Source: Candidatus Saccharimonadota bacterium
Lineage (GTDB): Bacteria; Patescibacteriota; Saccharimonadia; Saccharimonadales; Saccharimonadaceae
NCBI GenBank assembly: GCA_013333135.2
Contig: JABCPJ020000004.1
Location: forward strand, 11,485-75,484
Direction: 5' to 3'
Length of the DNA: 64,000 nucleotides
Shown here: positions 19,345 through 28,845 of the stretch, piece by piece
How positions within the stretch are numbered: the stretch's first letter is position 1
Layout of the letters: every line of letters starts with the position of its first letter
Position numbers and translations under genes: made by a program
The notes under the pieces: generated by a model
The model's database searches: none
The model's input: only the letters and a program-made list of their open reading frames with translations
Told to the model about the DNA's origin: nothing

Positions 19345-21069
19345 CTACGGTTTTCGCGTAAAGTAACCCTTCACCCCGGCACGATCAATCCGTAATCCAT
19401 CAAAATTCGCATCACCTGGATTAGTCCAATACGACCCCATTGCTCCGCGCAGTAATGGTTGTTTATGAAAAATATCCAAATTCGAAGTAGGATTACTTAC
19501 CTTATAAATCTTCGCACTAGTCAAATCAAAATCATTATTCACATAGATTTTTTCTAGCATTCCCACACCCGAAGCACAACCAAACACCGAAAACATTGCA
19601 TCAAAATCATTCACTTTCGCCGTATCGAATATTGCTCCCGAAAGATCCAATTCCCGCATGTTACAAAGCGTACCAAACATACCATACATATCTGTTACAT
19701 TCTTTGTATTAAAACTACTACCGAATTTAATACTCGTCACCGATTCCAAATAACCGAACATTTCACGCATATTTGTCACCTTTTCCGTATTGAACATCGA
19801 CACGTCCAAGCTCGTTAAACTTTTCGAATTATAGAACATATACCCCATATCAGTTACGTTCGAAGTGTCAAAGGTCGCAGGCAGTTGTAATTGTTTTAGC
19901 TTATGCATACTCGAAAACATATGATTCATGTTCGTCACGTTACGCGTATCAAAATTCGACACATTAATATTCTCGATATTCACCATACCGTAAAATAGCG
20001 AATCCATGTTCGTCACTTTCGAAGTGTCAAAAGAGCCAATATTCAAGCTCGTCAGACTCGACAATCCATAAAACATCTTGTCCATATTCGTCAAACTCCG
20101 TGTATCAAAATTCGATAAATCAAGTGAGACCAATTTTTCATCACCAAAAAACATATTCCCCATCCCCTTAACTTTCGAAGTATCAAAACTCGAAACATCT
20201 AAAGAAATTAAATTCACTAGGCTATGGAACATTGCATTACTGTCATCATTCAAAATAATCTTCCCTGCTTCCACATAGTAATGTACCGTCTTCGTTGCTG
20301 CATCATACCAAGCCTTAATTTCATAATCCGAATTAACCCCATCTTCAAGACTTACGGTGTTTATGCCAGAGCTCGGGGCTGTCACACTTCGCGAAATATG
20401 CTCAATCCTATTTCCACCAGTTTCAAGGGTTTTAATTTTTGTATTAAAATCAATCCCCGTCGTCATCAAGGCATGCATGGGGTATGGGTTCGAAACAAAA
20501 GATATAATTAATTTATTCTGGTAATTTCCGGATTCAAGATTATCAGCTAATTTCATGCCAATACTCAGTTGACTTGATTCATTTCCATTAGTCTTTCCTG
20601 CAGTTTGGAGAATTTGAGTCGGCGTAGATAAAGCTGGAATCGGTGAAAAATTCGTGTTTGAGCCGAACTTAAAGCCCCAAGTATTATTCGGTAAATTATT
20701 TAGCGTCAAATCCGTACTAACCGAATCAATTTTCGCTCCCACAGCAGAACTCACATTAGTTAACGCGGTATTTTCGGTTTCAGCACTAAGTGTAGCCGTA
20801 TAGCCCGTGCGGTTATTCGTATTTACCACAAAGTTAAACGGAATCTCTGTAGTTTTATCAGTGGAATTTATCACTTGATTTCCGTTCACTTGCAGATTTG
20901 CTTGATCAACAGAAGCCGAAAGCGTCGGAGTGTATAAAGCAAATGTTCTGTTACTAAAAACCAAATTCAAAAAAGAAACTAACGCCAAAAATAAACCGAG
21001 AAACTTTAGTTCCCGTTTAAACCACCCCCCCCCGTGAGGGTGGGGCAAATGTGATTTTTGGCCTTGCAT
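19345..21069 (-). CDS. BspA/DUF285 leucine-rich-repeat surface protein
   Basis: Signal peptide; about 9 F[DN]TxxVTxMxxMF repeats; C-terminal RIDRAGVKGYFT; G9 tract near the start. Confidence 0.88.
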   Translation of the reverse strand: MQGQKSHLPHPHGGGWFKRELKFLGLFLALVSFLNLVFSNRTFALYTPTLSASVDQANLQVNGNQVINSTDKTTEIPFNFVVNTNNRTGYTATLSAETENTALTNVSSAVGAKIDSVSTDLTLNNLPNNTWGFKFGSNTNFSPIPALSTPTQILQTAGKTNGNESSQLSIGMKLADNLESGNYQNKLIISFVSNPYPMHALMTTGIDFNTKIKTLETGGNRIEHISRSVTAPSSGINTVSLEDGVNSDYEIKAWYDAATKTVHYYVEAGKIILNDDSNAMFHSLVNLISLDVSSFDTSKVKGMGNMFFGDEKLVSLDLSNFDTRSLTNMDKMFYGLSSLTSLNIGSFDTSKVTNMDSLFYGMVNIENINVSNFDTRNVTNMNHMFSSMHKLKQLQLPATFDTSNVTDMGYMFYNSKSLTSLDVSMFNTEKVTNMREMFGYLESVTSIKFGSSFNTKNVTDMYGMFGTLCNMRELDLSGAIFDTAKVNDFDAMFSVFGCASGVGMLEKIYVNNDFDLTSAKIYKVSNPTSNLDIFHKQPLLRGAMGSYWTNPGDANFDGLRIDRAGVKGYFTRKP

Positions 21070-21124
21070 ATAATCTTATTTTACCATAAACACAAAAAGG
21101 AATAACGTATTATTTTTTAATTAT

Positions 21125-21260
21125 TCAAAGAGGGAATGCCGCTTACCTCTGACGGAGCATAAGCTTGGCCGAGCGGCCTAGAGCGTCTCCGGAATGGGGT
21201 ATGCGGCATTCTCCCCTCTTGAGCGGTCCGAAAAAAGGCATGCGACATTCTTCACCGCTT
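21125..21260. repeat. GC-rich palindromic/structured intergenic element
   Basis: AAGAGGG-AATGCCGC..GCGGCATT-CT-CCCCTCTT closing nested stems CGGAG/CTCCG and GGCC-GAGC-GGCC. Confidence 0.6.
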
Positions 21261-21276
21261 ACGCTATAATATATTT

Positions 21277-22212
21277 ATGAACGAAAACTCCACCTCACTT
21301 TATGACGTCGCCATTATCGGCGCTGGTATCGCTGGCATGACTGCCGCCCTTTATCTTTTGCGTAACCATCAAAAAGTCCTTTTACTCGAAAATGCCGGCT
21401 ACGGTGGACAAATCCTCGAAGCCCCCGTCGTCGAAAATTATCCCGGTTTCGCCAAAGTTAGTGGCCCTGAACTTTCCGAACAAATTTATCAACAATTAAA
21501 ATCCCTCGGTCTTTCTCTTACTTACGATAAAATTAATTACCTCGAAAAAACCGCCACTCATTTCACTTTAACCGGCGACCAAACTTATACCGCTAAATCC
21601 GTGATTCTCGCTACCGGCACCACCCCACGTCGCCTCAATCTCATCAACGAATCTGAACTCATCGGCCATGGTATTTCCTATTGTGCCACTTGTGACGGCG
21701 CCTTTTACCAAAATCAGACTGTCGCTGTCGTAGGTGGCGGTAATTCCGCCCTTCTCGCCGCTTCCTATCTCTCTAATATTGCGCAAAAAGTTTTCCTCAT
21801 TCATCGCCGTTCCCATTTTACCGCTGAAAAAGCCCTAGTTTCACAAATTAAAAATTCCGCCAATATCGAAATTCTTTATAACCAAGAAATTCTCGCCTGT
21901 CACAGTAGTCAAGACAATCACCTTGATTCTCTTATTCTAAAAAATCAACAAGTTCTGCCAGTCTCCAGTCTCTTCGTCGAAATTGGTCGCCTCTCTTCTC
22001 TCACTGAAATTTTCCAAAATAGCAATCTCAAAAGCCTCCTACTTTTCGATCAATCTGGTTTCATTATCACTGATGATTCATGTGCCACCAATCTCGCTGG
22101 GCTCTTTGCCGCCGGCGATTGTCGTTCCAAAAATTTCCGTCAACTCGTCACCGCCTCTTCCGACGGCGCCATTGCCGCCAATTCTGCCATTGAATTTCTT
22201 TCGCAGATTTAA
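21277..22212 (+). CDS. trxB: Thioredoxin reductase
   Basis: GAGIAG; ENYPG; SYCATCDG; GGGNSA; FAAGD. Confidence 0.93.
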   Translation: MNENSTSLYDVAIIGAGIAGMTAALYLLRNHQKVLLLENAGYGGQILEAPVVENYPGFAKVSGPELSEQIYQQLKSLGLSLTYDKINYLEKTATHFTLTGDQTYTAKSVILATGTTPRRLNLINESELIGHGISYCATCDGAFYQNQTVAVVGGGNSALLAASYLSNIAQKVFLIHRRSHFTAEKALVSQIKNSANIEILYNQEILACHSSQDNHLDSLILKNQQVLPVSSLFVEIGRLSSLTEIFQNSNLKSLLLFDQSGFIITDDSCATNLAGLFAAGDCRSKNFRQLVTASSDGAIAANSAIEFLSQI

Positions 22213-22254
22213 AATTTTTTATCAATAAAAAACTGGCACACGCCAGATAAAAAA

Positions 22255-22330
22255 TGGAGCCATTGGCAGGGATCGAACCTGTGACCTGCTCGTTACGAAT
22301 GAGCTGCTCTACCGACTGAGCTACAATGGC
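22255..22330 (-). tRNA. tRNA-Thr(CGT)
   Basis: GCCATTG acceptor; loop TTCGTAA; GGTTCGATCCC; CCA. Confidence 0.92.
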
Positions 22331-22375
22331 ATAGAGACATTATACATTATTTTTTCTTTAATGTATAATGAGGTT

Positions 22376-23128
22376 ATGAAGAGCCTCATCTCGGATCTCA
22401 TCGCTCATCGCGGCATGCACGGGACTTATCAAGGCGCCAAGAATTTTCCGGAAAATTCTCTTTCCGCATTTAAGCGTGCCCTGCTCGCGAATTATGCTAT
22501 CGAACTGGATATTCATCTCACCAAAGACCACCAGCTCGCGGTTTTTCATGACCACGACACTCTGCGGATGACTAAAAAATCTTACAATCTTGAAGATACC
22601 GGTCTTTATATTCTTAAAAAACTTCCACTGATTAATTCCGATGGTGTTTCCACTAATCAAACTATCCCCGAACTTTCCGAGGTATTAGATTTAATTCACG
22701 CCAAAGTTCCCATCCTAATCGAGCTAAAAACCACCGAGCATTCTAACATTTCCCTATTCAGCAAAACCGTCCTCACTGCACTCGAAAAATATCTCAAAAG
22801 TTATCGTGACCCGAAAATTTATCTCCAAAGCTTTGACCCGCGCATCGTCTACTGGATTAAACACCATCACCCAAAAATTCCCGCCGGACTTCTCCTCTCT
22901 GACGATTCTGACCTTGCTAAAAAATATGATTTCTTTGTTAATAACCCTCTAATTTGGCGCCTCGTCAAACCAGATTTCCTTAGCGTTAATCAAACTATGT
23001 TAAACCGACCTGCCATCCAAAAATTCAAAGTCAATCATCCAGTTCTTTGCTATACTATCGACGATGAAAAAACTCTGGGCGAATTAAAACCTCTCGCCAC
23101 TCAATTCATTGTCGAAAAAATTCTCTAA
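22376..23128 (+). CDS. Glycerophosphodiester phosphodiesterase
   Basis: IAHRG; PENS; ELD; HD; IELK; QSF. Confidence 0.92.
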   Translation: MKSLISDLIAHRGMHGTYQGAKNFPENSLSAFKRALLANYAIELDIHLTKDHQLAVFHDHDTLRMTKKSYNLEDTGLYILKKLPLINSDGVSTNQTIPELSEVLDLIHAKVPILIELKTTEHSNISLFSKTVLTALEKYLKSYRDPKIYLQSFDPRIVYWIKHHHPKIPAGLLLSDDSDLAKKYDFFVNNPLIWRLVKPDFLSVNQTMLNRPAIQKFKVNHPVLCYTIDDEKTLGELKPLATQFIVEKIL

Positions 23129-23229
23129 ATTAATTAAAAACCAAAACCGTATCTAAAAAACTCACCACCACCTAAATTTCACCAAGTCCTATTTTCAAAC
23201 CACAAAAAATAGCCCGAAGGGCTCTATTC

Positions 23230-23306
23230 TGGCGGATCCGACGAGACTCGAACTCGCGACCTCTGCCGTGACAGGGCAGCGCTCTAACCAACTGAGCTAC
23301 GAATCC
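23230..23306 (-). tRNA. tRNA-Asp(GTC)
   Basis: Cloverleaf; loop CTGTCAC; CCA. Confidence 0.96.
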
Positions 23307-23316
23307 ACTACTTGAT

Positions 23317-23345
23317 ATTATAACTTGATTCCCCTGTTTGTGCAA
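23317..23345 (-). promoter_or_regulatory. tRNA-Asp promoter inside the vncS 3' end
   Basis: TTGCAC-17-TATAAT. Confidence 0.7.
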
Positions 23346-24454
23346 GAGTTTTTTCTTTTTAAAGTTCCAAAATCGATTTTAAAACTAAAACTCTTTTTTT
23401 GGTTACAAATTTCATATTTCAAACCATATCGCTTCAATAAATTTTTTACAATGTAAAGACCCAAACCACTTCCACTCTGCTCATTGGTGCCCGCTCTATA
23501 AGAATTTTTAATTTCTAGTACTCCATCTCGCATCTGCACTGAAATCTTACCACCTTCTTCCGCATACTTCACTGCATTTCCGATTAAATTCGCTAACACC
23601 ATCGATAAAGCCATCCGATTCAACCAAATTTTTTGCTCCCCCACCTCAATTCGTATTTGCAGATTTTTCTCCGCAATCATAATTTGATTTCGCCTCAAGG
23701 CTTCCTCAACTACTTCCGAAATTTTTATCCATTCGCGCTGTTCAAAACTATCCATTTTAGACATCAAAAGTAACTCTCGAATTCCCGCATCAAGTTCGTC
23801 CACCATTTCCCCACATTTTTCCAAATAAAGATCCCGGTCCTTATATTTTCCTACTTTAAATTGCATATTTTCCAAAACAATCTTCAGGCTGGTCAGTGGC
23901 GTTTTTAATTCATGTGAAGCCCCACGCAAAAATTCAAAATTCACTTGCTTCATTCTCAGAGTTTCCTGTCTCGCATAAAACCCCGCCGCCACCAGCGATA
24001 ACACCACCGATCCCAGTAATGTAACCGGCAAAAACTTCAAGCTCAAATCAATCGCATCCTTTTCTAAATTTGCCGTCGAAACAAACTGCACCAAAGCCTC
24101 TTCTTCGTTTAAGAGCTTCACGCTTTTTTCTTCAATAATCACCGAATTATTTTCACTCGTCCGATCCACTGGTAGCAGCTCTGAAACTTTCATCTCGTTC
24201 TCCGCATTTTGCGATTTCAGATAAGCTTTAATCTCCCCACTCCTTGAATAAAAATCCAAAGCCTGTTCCACGTACTCACGATTTTTGCCGGCTAAATTTT
24301 TCGTCACATCCGAAGCCGTCTGCCTAATTTCTTTTGTTTTTTCTTCCAAATAAGATTTCGGCAGCGCGAAAAATATCCCACCATGAATGATTGTCACTAC
24401 CCCAAACAGTAATATCAAGACTCTGAAAAATCCCTTCCAAAAAATTCCTCTCAT
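23318..24454 (-). CDS. vncS: Sensor histidine kinase, VncS-like (HAMP domain missing)
   Basis: EFLRGASHELKTPL; GKYKDRD.YL; NAVKY; GSGLGLYIV. Confidence 0.85.
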   Translation of the reverse strand: MRGIFWKGFFRVLILLFGVVTIIHGGIFFALPKSYLEEKTKEIRQTASDVTKNLAGKNREYVEQALDFYSRSGEIKAYLKSQNAENEMKVSELLPVDRTSENNSVIIEEKSVKLLNEEEALVQFVSTANLEKDAIDLSLKFLPVTLLGSVVLSLVAAGFYARQETLRMKQVNFEFLRGASHELKTPLTSLKIVLENMQFKVGKYKDRDLYLEKCGEMVDELDAGIRELLLMSKMDSFEQREWIKISEVVEEALRRNQIMIAEKNLQIRIEVGEQKIWLNRMALSMVLANLIGNAVKYAEEGGKISVQMRDGVLEIKNSYRAGTNEQSGSGLGLYIVKNLLKRYGLKYEICNQKKSFSFKIDFGTLKRKNSCTNRGIKL

Positions 24455-25107
24455 CCTCGCTCCAATTTATACCCCACCCCGCGCACCGTATAAATACAAT
24501 CCAGTTTTAATTTTTTTCTTAGCTCTTTAACATAAACATCAATCACTCGATCAAATGGAATTTCTTCACTTTCCTTCCAAACATTTTCGATAATTTGCTC
24601 CCTCATCAGAACTCGCCCCTCATTCAAAAACAAATATTTTAAAATCTCCAGTTCCTTCGGTTTCACTTCTACTGGTTGCCCTGCTACTTCAGCTCGAAAA
24701 CTCACAAAATCGATTTTTGTTTCTTGATAACTAAATTCTCTTAGATCTTCACCTAAAGTCTTCTTCAGTAATGCTTCCACTCGCGCCTTCAGAACTGGCA
24801 AAGAAAACGGTTTTTCCATAAAACCATCCGCCAAATTCGAAAAGGCCATAATCTGCGATTCTTCGTCCGAAAATGCCGTCATTATCAAAACTGGTACTCG
24901 ACTTTTTTCACGAATTTTTCTTAAAACTTCTAGTCCACTCATCGACGGCAATTTGATATCTAAAATTACCAAATTAATTTCGTGATTAAATTTTTTCAGC
25001 GCCTCCACCCCGTCGCCTGCCTCGACCATCTCGTATTTAAATTCCCGCAAAAATTCTACCACCCCTTCCCGAATCATTCGGTCATCCTCTACGATCAATA
25101 TTTTCAT
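24451..25107 (-). CDS. vncR: OmpR-family response regulator, VncR-like
   Basis: VEDD; LDIKLP; KPFSL; PFDRVIDVYVKELRKKLKLDCI.TVRGVGY. Confidence 0.88.
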   Translation of the reverse strand: MKILIVEDDRMIREGVVEFLREFKYEMVEAGDGVEALKKFNHEINLVILDIKLPSMSGLEVLRKIREKSRVPVLIMTAFSDEESQIMAFSNLADGFMEKPFSLPVLKARVEALLKKTLGEDLREFSYQETKIDFVSFRAEVAGQPVEVKPKELEILKYLFLNEGRVLMREQIIENVWKESEEIPFDRVIDVYVKELRKKLKLDCIYTVRGVGYKLERG

Positions 25108-25126
25108 TAATCTAAATATACCAAAT

Positions 25127-26500
25127 TTAAAGCTCTGTCAAAAGTTCCTTTGGATTCTTTTTTAAATTTCGATAACTTATTATCCCAAGCGAAACCAGCA
25201 TAATGACCAACATAAAAACCACCGTGATCGCCACTGCCGTAATCGCCATCTTTGCATCAATGGCCGAAAGCGTTTTAGTAAAACCTTCCATTTCTGCACC
25301 TCCGCCCAACTGCGTCGCCCCAGCCTGTTTCGCCATTTGTTTTGTCACCCCAGTTGTGACATTTTTTAAAATATCATTTCCCATTATTTTCGCAAATTTT
25401 CCTGCCAAAACATAAGCCCCTATGAATGCCGGTAGGCTCACCATCAAAAGTTCCATCACAAACTGTCCGAAAATCTGCCCCTTTTCCAAACCTAACGCCA
25501 GTAAAATTGCAATCTCCTTTTTTCTCGCGTTCATCCAAAGTAGTAAAACTAGAGCCACTACAATTCCCGCAAAAATTAGTGAACCGAAAAACATTTGGTT
25601 AGCCACTCCATACATTCCCGAAATTGATCGTTCCAAAGCCGGATAGTTTGAGGCGCTTTTTATCAAATTATACTCGCGCCAATTCACATCCAATTTCTTC
25701 ACCGCAGCCATCACTTGGTCCAGATTTTTCTCGCCCTTCACGAAAAATGTTGCATCCTGATATACCGCCGTATCCTCATCATTGCCATAAACTTTTGCCG
25801 CTGTAGAAACGTCTGTCACTAAAGTATTTTCATAAAGTTCCTGAGCCGCCGTCACTCCCCCCGTATTTTTCCCTGCAAATAAACCTTTAATCGTTACTTC
25901 AATAGTTTCATTTGCCGCCTTTTCATTATCCGCATCAAATAAATTTGATTTAATTTTTACCTTATCCCCCACTTTCAAATTATTTTTCTTCGCCAAATCT
26001 TCGTGCATCAAAATTTGATATTTATCGTCATTTTTTAGATGCTCTCCCGAAACCAATTTATAGGCCCCCGAAACAAATTTCGTTTCCCTCGCCGAATCAT
26101 TTACGCCAGTCAGCATCACCGTGCGCTTAAAATTTTTCGCTCGTTCTGCCGACATGCCGCGCAACGTTTCTGGTGTCTCGATAATATCTTTACCCACCAA
26201 ATCTGCCACACTATTAATTCTTTTCACCGTATATTCAATTTCCGGTGACTCAGAAATTTTTTTAATATCCGTTCCCTTCACATTGCCCCCACCCCTCGGC
26301 GTACCCTGGTTTACCTGACGATTAATTTCCATTGAAAAACTATTAGTTACTCCCGAAAAAGCTTCCTTAGCCGCCTTACTTGTCGCATCCTGAATCGCCA
26401 GACTGATCATCCCTAGTGCCGCCATTATTAGCACCACAGAAAAAATCACCAAACTTTTTAACTTTTTGCGCGTTACATATAAAAATGCATTTTTCAACAT
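25127..26500 (-). CDS. vex3: ABC permease, Vex3-like
   Basis: [51 protein letters not shown]. Confidence 0.85.
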   Translation of the reverse strand: MLKNAFLYVTRKKLKSLVIFSVVLIMAALGMISLAIQDATSKAAKEAFSGVTNSFSMEINRQVNQGTPRGGGNVKGTDIKKISESPEIEYTVKRINSVADLVGKDIIETPETLRGMSAERAKNFKRTVMLTGVNDSARETKFVSGAYKLVSGEHLKNDDKYQILMHEDLAKKNNLKVGDKVKIKSNLFDADNEKAANETIEVTIKGLFAGKNTGGVTAAQELYENTLVTDVSTAAKVYGNDEDTAVYQDATFFVKGEKNLDQVMAAVKKLDVNWREYNLIKSASNYPALERSISGMYGVANQMFFGSLIFAGIVVALVLLLWMNARKKEIAILLALGLEKGQIFGQFVMELLMVSLPAFIGAYVLAGKFAKIMGNDILKNVTTGVTKQMAKQAGATQLGGGAEMEGFTKTLSAIDAKMAITAVAITVVFMLVIMLVSLGIISYRNLKKNPKELLTEL

Positions 26501-27126
26501 TATTTCAATTTCCTTCCCTTTAATTCCAAGACTACATCTGCCGAATCCGCCACCCTTTTACTATGCGTCACCACAATCACACATTTATTGCGTTCTTTTG
26601 CCAACTTTTTCAAAACTTCAATAATTTCTTCCGCCGTATTTTCATCCAAATTCCCCGTCGGCTCATCCGCCAAAATAATCGGCGCTTCCGAAACCAACGC
26701 CCGCGCGATTGCCACTCGTTGTTGCTGTCCGCCCGAAAGCTTCATCACATTTCGATTTATTTGATCCTTATCTAATCCTAGCTTCACCAAAATCTCATCC
26801 GTCGCCTCCCGATTCACCAGTCTGATATTTTCTAGCGGCGTTAAATAATCAATCAAATTATAGTTCTGAAAAACCAGAGCGATGTGATTTTTGCGATGAT
26901 AGCTATAACCGTACTTACCAATCTTTTCATCCTCAAACAAGATTTCACCACTCTTCGGTTCATCTAATCCCGCAAGCAGTGAAAGCAATGTAGATTTTCC
27001 CGCCCCCGATTTTCCAATAATCGCATAAAATTTTCCCCTCTCAAATTTCTGATCCACTCCTTCTAAAATATTTTCCCGATTCCCTGCGTAAGCATATGAA
27101 ACATTTTTAATTTTTAGTACACTCAT
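26500..27126 (-). CDS. vex2: ABC ATP-binding protein, Vex2-like
   Basis: [37 protein letters not shown] before ATG 27126. Confidence 0.88.
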   Translation of the reverse strand: MSVLKIKNVSYAYAGNRENILEGVDQKFERGKFYAIIGKSGAGKSTLLSLLAGLDEPKSGEILFEDEKIGKYGYSYHRKNHIALVFQNYNLIDYLTPLENIRLVNREATDEILVKLGLDKDQINRNVMKLSGGQQQRVAIARALVSEAPIILADEPTGNLDENTAEEIIEVLKKLAKERNKCVIVVTHSKRVADSADVVLELKGRKLK

Positions 27127-27134
27127 TTTTCCTC

Positions 27135-28376
27135 CTAACTTATTTTCGCTAAAATTTCTTTCGGTTTTTTCACTAGAATCATCCACGACGCCGCTATCAC
27201 TGCTAGAACAATAATTAAAATCAAAAGCCCGTAGCTCATCGCAAAAATATCCATTCCCCCACCCGTCGTAAAACTACTTAAATCTAAATTATCTAACCCC
27301 TCTTTCTGTAAAATCGCACCCAGAATCCATCCTACAAAAATTCTTCCCAGCATCGCCGCCAAAATCATTGCCGGCAGCGAAGTTAATACCAACTCCAAGA
27401 TAAATTGACCCATAATTTTCATTTTACTGCATCCAATCGCCAGCAATATCCCAATTTCATACATCCTTTCCCGCACCCAAAGAATTAGAACCAAGGACAA
27501 TACAATTATTCCCGCCCCGATCACCGCCATAATCATCGTGAAAATCATTTGCCTCACCATATTTAAAGATTCTACCATCTCCGAAAATTGGTTTTCTTCT
27601 TCAACCACTTCATAATCATCCGGCTGAACATTTTTTTTATTCAGTTCCGTTTTTAATGCCGCCAACTTTTCGGAATCAGATACCAATATTTTTAGACTCG
27701 TCACCAGTTTTTTCTTGCCAAAAATTTGCACCATCGTCGTGTAGTCCGTGAACATCATATTCTCACTAAAATCCGAAGACATCCCGGTATATTTTTCTTG
27801 CTTTTTCCCAGTAAAAATCCCTTGAATTAAAAGTTCTAATTCCTTCTCTTCCCCTAAAACTTTTAGACTCACCTTATCACCGATTTTCCACTGGTTCTTC
27901 TTCGCCAGTGCTTCATGCACCAAAACCTTTCCAGTTTCTTCACGCGAAATATTTTTCCCTTCAATCAACTTAAATACTTCACTCCGAAATAACGGGTCTT
28001 TCTTCACATCACTTATAGCCTGAAGCATAACCGCGTTTCCCAAGTAACCTGGCAAATCTTCTCGCATCACCATTTGTTCACCCGTCACTACCTTACCATT
28101 TTTGAGTTCTGCTATACCTTCATATTGATAAATTTTTTCCGCACCAAGTTCCTTACCTACCGACTCAAAGCCTTCCGCATCAAAAGTTTCAGATTTTAAT
28201 GATCTAATTTTTACACCGAAATCGTTTGCGCTATTTATCGCGCTCGTCATTTTCTCGCTAGTTTTCATTATTGAAAACCCCGCATAAATCACCGCCAGAA
28301 TTAAAGTTAAAATCAAAAATACCAACATCGTACGCGTGCGTTTTCGAAAAACATAAGCTACCGCATTTTTAATCAT
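27135..28376 (-). CDS. vex1: ABC permease, Vex1-like
   Basis: FTGKKQEKYTGMSSDFSEN; LWVRERMYEIGILL; KPKEILAKIS. Confidence 0.85.
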   Translation of the reverse strand: MIKNAVAYVFRKRTRTMLVFLILTLILAVIYAGFSIMKTSEKMTSAINSANDFGVKIRSLKSETFDAEGFESVGKELGAEKIYQYEGIAELKNGKVVTGEQMVMREDLPGYLGNAVMLQAISDVKKDPLFRSEVFKLIEGKNISREETGKVLVHEALAKKNQWKIGDKVSLKVLGEEKELELLIQGIFTGKKQEKYTGMSSDFSENMMFTDYTTMVQIFGKKKLVTSLKILVSDSEKLAALKTELNKKNVQPDDYEVVEEENQFSEMVESLNMVRQMIFTMIMAVIGAGIIVLSLVLILWVRERMYEIGILLAIGCSKMKIMGQFILELVLTSLPAMILAAMLGRIFVGWILGAILQKEGLDNLDLSSFTTGGGMDIFAMSYGLLILIIVLAVIAASWMILVKKPKEILAKIS

Positions 28377-28393
28377 TCTTCCTCCATATTTTT

Positions 28394-28425
28394 ATTTTAA
28401 ATTTTAATTATGAAGCCACTGTGAA
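28394..28425 (-). promoter_or_regulatory. OmpR-type direct repeat and -10 element upstream of vex1
   Basis: TTCACA-gtggc-TTCATA (11-bp period), 9 nt before TAAAAT. Confidence 0.6.
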
Positions 28426-28486
28426 TTTTTCGAAATTCTTCTTAATTTCCGAAAATCCCTCTCGAATCATGATAAAATAAAATTAC

Positions 28487-28561
28487 GCGAGTGTCGTATA
28501 ACGGCTATTATATTTCCTTCCCAAGGAAGAGACGAGGGTCCGACTCCCTCCACTCGCACCA
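28487..28561 (+). tRNA. tRNA-Gly(CCC)
   Basis: GCGAGTG/CACTCGC acceptor; loop TTCCCAA; atypical T-loop TCCGACT; CCA. Confidence 0.9.
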
Positions 28562-28588
28562 AAGAAAATAAAAAATGAGAGCTTGCTC

Positions 28589-28816
28589 TCTATTTTTTGT
28601 TTTATTTGGGGTGAGGCCGAGGGAGATTTTCTCCCATACTCGCACCAGACCATAATAAGAAAGAGCATTCATGCTCTTTATTTTTATGGTCGCCTGTACG
28701 AGAAAGGCTACGTAGTAGTCTTACTCGCACTACTCCTCAAGTTAATGATTCTATTTTTTATTTTATTTGGGGTGAGGCCGAGGGAGATTTTCTCCCACGC
28801 TCGCACCAGACCATAA
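28589..28816 (+). repeat. tRNA-Gly 3'-end-containing repeat array
   Basis: 67-bp copies at 28589-28655 and 28750-28816 (3 mismatches); CTCGCAC(C/T)A at 28639, 28724, 28800. Confidence 0.85.
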
Positions 28817-28845
28817 AAAAGGGAGCCTCCTGCTCCCTTCAAGCT

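Noticed and set aside
21125..21222. SRP RNA
   Set aside because: Lacks the GNRA-capped helix-8 motif (CAGG..GGAA..AGCAG) on either strand
23230..28561. vex-vnc as a tRNA-integrated mobile island
   Set aside because: It lies at the 5' sides of both tRNAs, with no integrase or flanking att duplication
28553..28816. CRISPR array
   Set aside because: The intervening sequences are themselves repeated or palindromic, the repeat derives from the tRNA end, and no cas genes are present
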